Part shown: positions 57,637-64,000 of the stretch, piece after piece
How the letters are laid out: each line of letters starts with the position of its first letter
Position numbering within the stretch: position 1 is the stretch's first letter
Assembly: GCA_905181725.1 (NCBI GenBank)
Contig: CAJIYX010000027.1
Span: 2,137-66,136 of the forward strand
DNA from: Alphaproteobacteria bacterium UBA830
GTDB lineage: Bacteria > Pseudomonadota > Alphaproteobacteria > MPNO01 > UBA830
Direction of reading: 5' to 3'
DNA: 64,000 bases
Notes under the pieces: model-generated
What the model saw: the letters and a program-made list of their open reading frames with translations, nothing else
What the model was told of the DNA's origin: nothing
Database searches by the model: none
Translations under genes and position numbers: made by a program

Positions 57637-58090
57637 TGGCGAGCAGCGTCTCGCGCATGATCCGGATGTTTTCGGGCGGAATGCCCTGGACGGCGACACG
57701 GTTCACCTCTTCGGCCAGTGGCACCAGCACATCGCGCAAAGCCGCTCCTTCGGGTGTGAGGTAGACGTAAAACTTCCGCTTGTTGCCCGGATTATGTCGG
57801 CGTGTGACATAGCCCTTTTCTATCAACGCTTTCACCGCCGCGAAGGTCGTCGGCTCGGTGACACCGGCGGCATCGCTGAGTTCTTTCTGGGTCAGACCGT
57901 CACGGTCCCACAGCACGCGCAGGAACGACCAGTGGCCGAACGGGATATCATGCGCCGCCAGCAGCGGCGTCAGGCCCTGGCCCAGGCTGCGCCCGGCATC
58001 GCGGATCAGATGGGCGAGCCGGTCATTGGGCACCGCGTCGCGCCAGTGCTGCAGGATGAGGCGGGAATCGCCGGCGAGAAGACCGGCCAT
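57605..58090 (-). CDS. MarR-family transcriptional regulator
   Basis: 161 aa with winged HTH (LSDAAGVTEPTTFAAVKALIEKGYVTRRHNPGNKRKFYVYLTPEG). TAATG overlap with the upstream oxidoreductase gene. Confidence 0.85.
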   Translation of the reverse strand: MAGLLAGDSRLILQHWRDAVPNDRLAHLIRDAGRSLGQGLTPLLAAHDIPFGHWSFLRVLWDRDGLTQKELSDAAGVTEPTTFAAVKALIEKGYVTRRHNPGNKRKFYVYLTPEGAALRDVLVPLAEEVNRVAVQGIPPENIRIMRETLLAIIENLADDAS

Positions 58091-59328
58091 TATCCGATGT
58101 CCTTTACGGGAACCTGCTGCGTGAGGCGCACCTCGCGGCCATCATTGGCGGATTGCAGCACCGCGCGGCAGACTTCCAGCGTGGCCCGCCCCCATGCGCC
58201 GGAATGCAGCGGCGCCACGTCGTCACACACGGCGGCACACAGCTCGTCGATGACCTCGCTGCGCGGCACAGCGGGCGGCGCGAGCGGAAAGCTCTCGATG
58301 CCTTCATCGGCATAGACCCGCACGCCGTCGGGCCCGGGGCGGATATCGCCGCGCGCGCAGCTGACAACAAAAAGACCGAAATGTTCATGCAGACGATCTT
58401 CCGGTGACGTCGTCGGTGCGCTCGCCCCGGCGGGGCCGCCATAGGCGCGGTCGGCCTTGAGCGCGGCTTCGGCATCCATATCGCCGATCTCGGAAAGGGC
58501 GCGCCGCGCGGCGCCGTAATTGGCGGGGTCTTTCATGGCACCGGATTCACCGCGCCAGCCGGTAAATTCATCCGAATCGAAATGGCCGTAGCCCGAATAA
58601 GTCAGGTTTGCGACCGTGCCATCCGCGAATTTGAGCAGCGCGCTATAAACCCCCTCGGTCGGCCGATCGGGATCGTAATTGCCCGTCGTCGCATAGACGG
58701 TCTCGACCATGCCGCCGCCGAGCAGACGCGCGATATCGATCTGATGGGCTGCCTGACTGAACACCACGCCGCCGCCCTGCGCGGTATCGAGCTCTTCGGG
58801 TCGGCGTGGGCGGTAAATGAAATCGGTGTAGTTCATAGCGGCAATCAGCCGTGGCGGGCCATAATCGCCGGTCTCGATCAGGCGGCGGGCCTCCAGGATC
58901 GGTGCGTCATAGCTGTGGCTGTGGCCGACCAGAAGATGCACGCCCGCCGCCGCCGCGGCATCGATCATGCGTGTGCAGTCCTCGATCGTCAGCGCCATCG
59001 GCTTCTCGACAAGGATGTGTTTCCCGGCCCGGGCGGCGATCTCGGTGTGTTCGGCATGAAACTGGTGCGGCGTCGCGACATAGACCGCATCGATATCAGC
59101 CTCCGCGCACATCGCCTCGACGCTGTCATAAGCGGTGCCGCCGAAATCGGCCTCGAAGCGCACGCCCGCCGCGGGACGGGTATCGACGGCGGCCACGACC
59201 TCAAGCCGCTTGTGCAGCGCGAGCGTCGGCAGCATCACGGTAAAACCGCGACCGAGCCCGGCAATGCCGAGTTTCAGTTTTCTGGCCCCTGACGTCGTCG
59301 TTGATGTCGCCGCTGATAAGCCGGTCAT
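58090..59328 (-). CDS. Gfo/Idh/MocA-family oxidoreductase
   Basis: Start at ATG 59328; the ORF-track TTG at 59385 is an over-extension. Rossmann N-terminus KLGIAGLGRGF... and EKPMALT motif. Confidence 0.85.
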   Translation of the reverse strand: MTGLSAATSTTTSGARKLKLGIAGLGRGFTVMLPTLALHKRLEVVAAVDTRPAAGVRFEADFGGTAYDSVEAMCAEADIDAVYVATPHQFHAEHTEIAARAGKHILVEKPMALTIEDCTRMIDAAAAAGVHLLVGHSHSYDAPILEARRLIETGDYGPPRLIAAMNYTDFIYRPRRPEELDTAQGGGVVFSQAAHQIDIARLLGGGMVETVYATTGNYDPDRPTEGVYSALLKFADGTVANLTYSGYGHFDSDEFTGWRGESGAMKDPANYGAARRALSEIGDMDAEAALKADRAYGGPAGASAPTTSPEDRLHEHFGLFVVSCARGDIRPGPDGVRVYADEGIESFPLAPPAVPRSEVIDELCAAVCDDVAPLHSGAWGRATLEVCRAVLQSANDGREVRLTQQVPVKDIG

Positions 59329-59368
59329 TCTGCCATCCTGATGAGCGCGAGGGACCAGTCTAATCTTC

Positions 59369-59425
59369 TTGACAATATCGCGCAAACTTCTTAGTTTCCG
59401 AAGAATATTCTTTGGTTCCTAAGAA
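59369..59425 (+). promoter_or_regulatory. Putative promoter (TTGACA-17-TAGTTT) overlapped by a 38-bp composite palindrome TTCTTAG-n6-AAGAATATTCTT-n6-CTAAGAA
   Basis: Read directly from the sequence. Lies in the divergent region between the oxidoreductase-MarR operon and the Rieske oxygenase gene. Confidence 0.5.
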
Positions 59426-59478
59426 CCTGAGTGTGGATGCAGAAAACGGGCGAACCGGCCCCGGCAGGAAGAAACATC

Positions 59479-60771
59479 ATGACCACACGTGAAGAAAACG
59501 ACCTTTTGTGCCTTGTCGAAGGCGACACCGCGATGGGCGGCATCATGCGCAATCACTGGCTTCCGGGCTGCATGTCGGAAGAAGTGTCGGAGCGTGACGG
59601 CAAGCCCACCCGCGTCCGCCTGCTGGGCGAAGACCTGGTGGTGTTCCGCGATACCGACGGCCGGCTTGGCGCGATCGACGAATTCTGCCGTCACCGCGGC
59701 GCCTCTCTCGCTTTCGGGCGCAACGAGGATTGCGGCCTGCGCTGCTTGTATCACGGCTGGAAGTTCGACGTGAACGGCAACGTGCTCGACATGCCGTCCG
59801 AGCCCAATGGCGGCGAAGGGTTGAAGGAAGATGCGAAGATCAAATCCTATCCGACTCAGGAATCAGGCGGTTTCGTCTGGCTGTGGATGGGCGATGCCGA
59901 CAACATCGCCAAGTTCGAGCCGCCGTCCTGGGCGCACTGCCCGGAGGACAAGATCGCCATCGTCAAAATCCACACGTCGTGCAACTGGGCGCAGGTTCTC
60001 GAAGGCTCGATCGATTCGGCGCATTCGTCCAGCCTGCATTCGTCAAACATGCCGCCGGCAGAAATCGACAGCGCCAAGGCAACCGCCACCAGCTGGCCCC
60101 GCCCGTCACGCGACAAGGCGCCGCGCATCCGCCTCGAGAAAACCGATTTCGGGTTTCACTACGCGGCGGTCCGCACGCCGATTATCAACTCTGAAATCAA
60201 CGACTACATCCGGTGCACGCTGTTCGTCGCACCATTCTCGGTCATCATTCCGCCGAACGACCAGTACCGGCTGGCACAGATGCTGATCCCAATGGATGAC
60301 GGCAACACGATGTTCTACTGGGTCGCCTTCCACGAAACCAAAGGCATCTCCTCCGACGAATGGCGCAAATTCTGCGGTGCCGAAATCGGCGTCGATATCG
60401 ATGAGAATTTCCGCAAAATCCGCACGCTGGATAACAACTTCCTGCAGGATCGCGAGGCCATGAAGAACGGTGACTTCACCGGTATTTACGGCATCCCGTC
60501 GCAGGACATGGCGATGTGGGAATCGATGGGTTCGGTCGCCGACCGCACCAAGGATTATCTCGGCGTCAGCGATGGCGCCGTGGCCCAGTTCCGCCGTGTC
60601 ATGATCTCCGCCGCCCGCGATTACCTGGACGGCAAACCCGCCATCGCCACCCGCGCCGCCGGCCGGTCGGTCGCCCTTGGGGATCTGGCTTCCTATGAAG
60701 GCATGATCCCGAAGGATTCGGACTGGAAACAAGGCCTGACATATCGGGCCAAGGCGCGCGAAGCGGCTTAG
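59479..60771 (+). CDS. Rieske [2Fe-2S] non-heme-iron oxygenase, alpha-subunit-only type (phthalate/VanA/KshA-like family)
   Basis: Rieske motif CRHRGASLAFGRNEDCGLRCLYHGWKF and mononuclear iron motif EGSIDSAHSSSLH. Start at ATG 59479 behind AGGAAG. Confidence 0.85.
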   Translation: MTTREENDLLCLVEGDTAMGGIMRNHWLPGCMSEEVSERDGKPTRVRLLGEDLVVFRDTDGRLGAIDEFCRHRGASLAFGRNEDCGLRCLYHGWKFDVNGNVLDMPSEPNGGEGLKEDAKIKSYPTQESGGFVWLWMGDADNIAKFEPPSWAHCPEDKIAIVKIHTSCNWAQVLEGSIDSAHSSSLHSSNMPPAEIDSAKATATSWPRPSRDKAPRIRLEKTDFGFHYAAVRTPIINSEINDYIRCTLFVAPFSVIIPPNDQYRLAQMLIPMDDGNTMFYWVAFHETKGISSDEWRKFCGAEIGVDIDENFRKIRTLDNNFLQDREAMKNGDFTGIYGIPSQDMAMWESMGSVADRTKDYLGVSDGAVAQFRRVMISAARDYLDGKPAIATRAAGRSVALGDLASYEGMIPKDSDWKQGLTYRAKAREAA

Positions 60772-60814
60772 GGCTTCTCTTCACGACCACGTTCCCCGGT
60801 CAAAAATTGTGATT

Positions 60815-60893
60815 GTCACCCCGGTCGCGTGCCGGGGCCTAGTCTTCAGGCAACGCGGCGGCGCTCTGGATCCCGGCATGAGGCCGGGATGAC
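60815..60893. repeat. REP/MITE-like 79-bp double-hairpin element (second copy)
   Basis: Termini GTCACCCC...GGGATGAC. Hairpins CCCCGG-tcgcgtg-CCGGGG and ATCCCGGC-atgag-GCCGGGAT. Confidence 0.5.
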
Positions 60894-61087
60894 AAGTGAA
60901 AATAATATCAGCACACGGCGTGTTCCTGAACCCGCCATTAATGCTCCCACCTCTGCCCGAACCGCCGTAAGATAGATGCACCCGTAACCGGAGCCTGTGC
61001 CTCATGTCCCTGCCCGATTAACACCCCTATCTACCGAGCGAAAAGCGCGACCCGACCGTTACCGCGCGCGGCCATACCGAAACCCGC

Positions 61088-62239
61088 ATGCAGGGCGAAC
61101 GCCCGCAGGGGCTGTTTGCCGCCTGGCGCGCTCTGTTCGAAAAACCGTTTCGCGGCATAACCACCGACGGCACGGCAAAGCCCGGCCTGTTCGCGCTCAA
61201 ACCCGAAGGCGCACCGACCGCCGCTGTTATCGATGCGGTTGCGGTGCTGATGGCAGCGATGACACCGGACCAGAAAGGAGGGATGCATTTCCCGGTCGAC
61301 TCCGATCAGTGGCGTAACTGGCAGAACACCGAGCTATACGTTGAAACTCACGGCCTGCGGCTGGATGAACAACCGATGGCCCTGCGCGAACAGGTGATGG
61401 GCGTGATCCGCGCCAGCCTGAGTGCCCGCGGCTACGAGATGTCGCGCGACGTGATGCGGCTGAACGGGTTTCTCGGCGAGCTGATCGGCGCGCCGCTGGT
61501 CCTTGGCGAATGGAGCTATATTTTCTGCCTGTTCGGGGAGCCGTCAATCGACAAGCCGTGGGGCTGGCAGATCTTCGGCCACCACTTGTGCCTGAACTGC
61601 ATGATGATCGGCGATCAATTGGTGCTGACCCCGGCCTTCATGGGCGGGGAGCCAGCCTATGGCGATACCGGTATCTATGACGGTATTCGCCTGTTCGAGG
61701 ACGAGGAACGCGGCGGGCTGTCCCTGATGCGCTCGCTCGACGGCCCGCAGGCAGACGCCGCCATCGTTGCCCATTCGATCATGGACGGCGACATGCCCGA
61801 GGGGCGCCGGCATTTCGCCGACAACCTGCATCTCGGCGGCGCCTATCAGGACAGTCGTATCGTGCCTTACGAAGGCCTGCGGGCCGACACCATGACAAAA
61901 TCGCAGCAACGTGACCTGCTGGACCTAGTGGATGCCTATCTGATCACCCTGCCCGACAGCCCACGCGCAGCAGGCATGGCAGATGTGGAGCGCCATCTGG
62001 CCGATACGCATTTCTGCTGGATCGGCGGCATGGCGAAAGACGACGCGTTCGATTACCGCATCCAGAGCCCGATCACGTTTATCGAGTTTGACCACCACGC
62101 CGGCGTATTCCTGAACAATGACGCGCCGGCGAAGTTCCACGTCCACACGGTCGTGCGCACACCGAACGGCAATGATTACGGGATCGATCTGTTACGGCTG
62201 CATTACGCAAACGCCGGCGATCATCATCATCACGGGTGA
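61088..62239 (+). CDS. DUF3500-family protein (function unknown)
   Basis: 383 aa. The pattern ...FRGITTDG...W.NWQNTELY...HGLRL..., ...WGWQIFGHHLCLN... and ...FIEFDHHAGVFL... is what I recall for DUF3500. Ends in HHHHG. Confidence 0.65.
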   Translation: MQGERPQGLFAAWRALFEKPFRGITTDGTAKPGLFALKPEGAPTAAVIDAVAVLMAAMTPDQKGGMHFPVDSDQWRNWQNTELYVETHGLRLDEQPMALREQVMGVIRASLSARGYEMSRDVMRLNGFLGELIGAPLVLGEWSYIFCLFGEPSIDKPWGWQIFGHHLCLNCMMIGDQLVLTPAFMGGEPAYGDTGIYDGIRLFEDEERGGLSLMRSLDGPQADAAIVAHSIMDGDMPEGRRHFADNLHLGGAYQDSRIVPYEGLRADTMTKSQQRDLLDLVDAYLITLPDSPRAAGMADVERHLADTHFCWIGGMAKDDAFDYRIQSPITFIEFDHHAGVFLNNDAPAKFHVHTVVRTPNGNDYGIDLLRLHYANAGDHHHHG

Positions 62240-62651
62240 GGAGTAACCTGCCGGCGAACATCTCGTCGGGTCTGCGATAAACCACCAAGATTCCAAGAGC
62301 TCCAAAATCACGGAGAAGAAATTCACCTTGGTGCGCTTTGTGTTCTTGGTGTCTTGGTGCTGACCGGCTGCGTCAGGTTCGACATATGACGAGGAGACTG
62401 CATTCCCTTATATCAATCCCCTCGGTGTTGTACCGAGGGTCCACGGCAACCGCACAGCGGATCGATAAGTGGACCCCCGGCACAAGACCAGGGGAGTAAG
62501 TGTGAAGTCGGGGAGGCAAGTGCGGGGGAGTGAGTGTCGGTTGGAAGGAGAAAGTATGGGGTGCGAGACGTAAGTAGGCGTGGGTGCGTCAGTAGCCCTT
62601 TCCCCAATCCTCACCTACAGCCCCTACCCCAACTCCTACACACGAAAGCGG

Positions 62652-63330
62652 CTAATCAGCCGGCATCGACCGGTACCAGAACTTCCGAACGTTAAAGTCG
62701 GCTTTACCGGCCGGACATGATTTGCTTTCCGATTCAGCGACCCACGGGACGACCGGAACCCTCCAACTCAGCGTGTGACCGGAATCCATGGCAAGGATAT
62801 CGCCGCTCGACTGATCGACCACACGGTGCTCCAAACTGATAACGCTGGCATCTTCCGTGGAGTAACGCGATTTCAACCGCGTGTACTTATACTGGGCGGA
62901 AAACGACGTGATCGGAATTTCCGCCAGGCAACGATTGTCAGGTGAGACGTTCTTGAACAGGACGAACTTGATGCAGTGCGGGTGATTACTTCTTACACGC
63001 GTGACCCTATAAAAGGCTTTGGACAGATTGAGGCGGCGAAAATCAGGCCGTAAATGCCACCCTCGGGAACGGAAATCTCAATATAGCGATAACGCTTTTG
63101 TCGGGCGCTGAACAATGAGAAGAAGGGGACAACCGGATAAACCGAACGACTTTTTACCAACGATGAATTGGTATGCCCACGCGACACACCTTCGAATATA
63201 AAGCCGTCCACATCTCTAACGGTTCTGGCTATGTGCGTGCCCGCATCGGAAGCACAGGTTTACCGCCATTTTTCGGACGCCTTCCAGCGTGGTCCGCCGC
63301 ACCCTTGAAGGAGCAAACCAGTCGCAAGAA
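62652..63330 (-). other. Lower-GC, multi-frame ORF debris, probably the remnant of a decayed acquired gene or genes
   Basis: There is no intact ORF over 75 aa in about 1.2 kb. A ~150-codon open frame (...HPHCIKFVLFKNVSPDNRCLAEIPITSFSAQYKYTRLKSRYSTEDAS...KFWYRSMPAD) lacks an ATG. Upstream pieces continue in other frames. Confidence 0.3.
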
Positions 63331-63451
63331 AAACCGGAATAAGCTTCGCCTGCACCCCTAAATCCCCCCAAATTCATCACCACATTAACTGTTACGGCGC
63401 AACGCGTTGAAAGCTAAGCGGGCAGGTCGGCACAGATGAAGATGGCAACCT

Positions 63452-63943
63452 CTACCCCAACCCCACATAAAATTTCAACGTCGCCAGCGCGCGTTTGCGG
63501 TCCTTTGCCGGTATCTGGGCGGCGAAGTAATCGACGTGGAAGCCGACCGCCGCGTCGATGGCGACGAGCTTTTCAATCGCCGCATCCGTGGCCGACACCC
63601 ATGTCACGCGGTGATCACCCTCATCCCGACGGCGGTCTATCAAGCCGTCGCCGGCGAGCGATTTGAGCAGGCTGGACGCGAAGGCCGGCGCGATATCCAG
63701 CCGCTCGGCAAGCTCGTTGACGCGGAGGCGGCGCGCGGCGCTGCCGTAAATCTGGATCAACGCCTGATGGGCGAGCGGGTCCAACCCGGCGTCACGCGCC
63801 TGTTCCTCGGTGATGCGAAAAACCCGGCGCAGCACGTAGCGCGCCTCTGCTACCTCCACAAAATAATCATGGGGGGCCTCGGGGCCCGGCCCGGTATCGC
63901 CGGTTTTGACCGGGGTTTCTTTAGCTGCGATGTTTCTGATCAT
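63452..63943 (-). CDS. MarR-family transcriptional regulator
   Basis: 163 aa with winged HTH (LRVNELAERLDIAPAFASSLLKSLAGDGLIDRRRDEGDHRVTWVSATDAA). Confidence 0.8.
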   Translation of the reverse strand: MIRNIAAKETPVKTGDTGPGPEAPHDYFVEVAEARYVLRRVFRITEEQARDAGLDPLAHQALIQIYGSAARRLRVNELAERLDIAPAFASSLLKSLAGDGLIDRRRDEGDHRVTWVSATDAAIEKLVAIDAAVGFHVDYFAAQIPAKDRKRALATLKFYVGLG

Positions 63944-64000
63944 ATCTCAGACAGGCCTCAGAGGGGCTTTTGATGTTGGAATACGGAGTGGGTCACGGGA

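Noticed and set aside
62370-62395. tRNA-like T-arm (GGTTCGACA) that might mark a tRNA-fragment att site.
   Set aside because: The flanking bases do not form a 5-bp T-stem with a 7-nt loop, and there is no acceptor stem or anticodon arm.
63150-63330. TnpB/IS605-type zinc-ribbon remnant (NLCFRCGHAHSQNR ... FIFEGVSRGHTNSSLV across two frames).
   Set aside because: Only a loose CxxCGH...R...GH pattern is present, and the second CxxC would have to be mutated. No RuvC motifs, element ends or upstream tnpB body are present. This is too weak to call and is mentioned only as a lead.

Overview
High-GC chromosomal window whose synteny looks alphaproteobacterial (inference from gene order). Most of it is conserved housekeeping DNA. 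I saw no rRNA, tRNA, CRISPR array or intact mobile element.

Gene content in order:
- Minus-strand block: lepA (partial), pheT, pheS, rplT, rpmI.
- A translationally coupled minus-strand string, in transcription order tsaE, AmgK-like kinase, MurU-like transferase, addB, addA, followed by trxA. Upstream of it on the same strand lie ahcY and then a disrupted PAS histidine kinase.
- A lower-GC cassette (VOC/extradiol-dioxygenase-like gene plus a four-gene NitT/TauT-type ABC transporter). It separates ahcY from the ptsH / EIIA-Man / rapZ / short hprK / chvG / chvI cluster, which has divergent hugZ-like and pckA genes.
- A PadR-like gene, an AT-rich iron-box promoter region, and an Fe(3+) ABC binding protein plus permease with no ATPase gene.
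- A disrupted MCP, then polA.
- An accessory stretch: PNPOx-like pseudogene, quinone oxidoreductase, two EamA transporters, frameshifted flavin monooxygenase, disrupted DUF1223.
- acnA, then a complete ccmABC-DEFGHI cluster with an extra lipocalin-like gene between ccmB and ccmC.
- A MarR / Gfo-Idh-MocA / Rieske oxygenase / DUF3500 group, a 1.2-kb ORF-poor lower-GC segment, and a second MarR gene.

Main observations:
1. polA carries an in-frame ~87-aa insertion in its 5'-nuclease region that is a diverged copy of its own thumb segment.
2. Five non-essential genes are disrupted by in-frame TGA/TAG codons and/or frameshifts.
3. An orphan intrinsic terminator, preceded by C-rich hairpins, lies between acnA and ccmA and is a candidate sRNA.
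4. The ORF-poor segment is bracketed by a short direct repeat and sits next to a strongly G/C strand-skewed tract.
5. There are several clean operator-like repeats and two ~75-79 bp double-hairpin REP/MITE-like elements.

I did not find a clear multi-gene novel system such as a defence island. All calls rest on hand translation and motif recognition, with no database searches.
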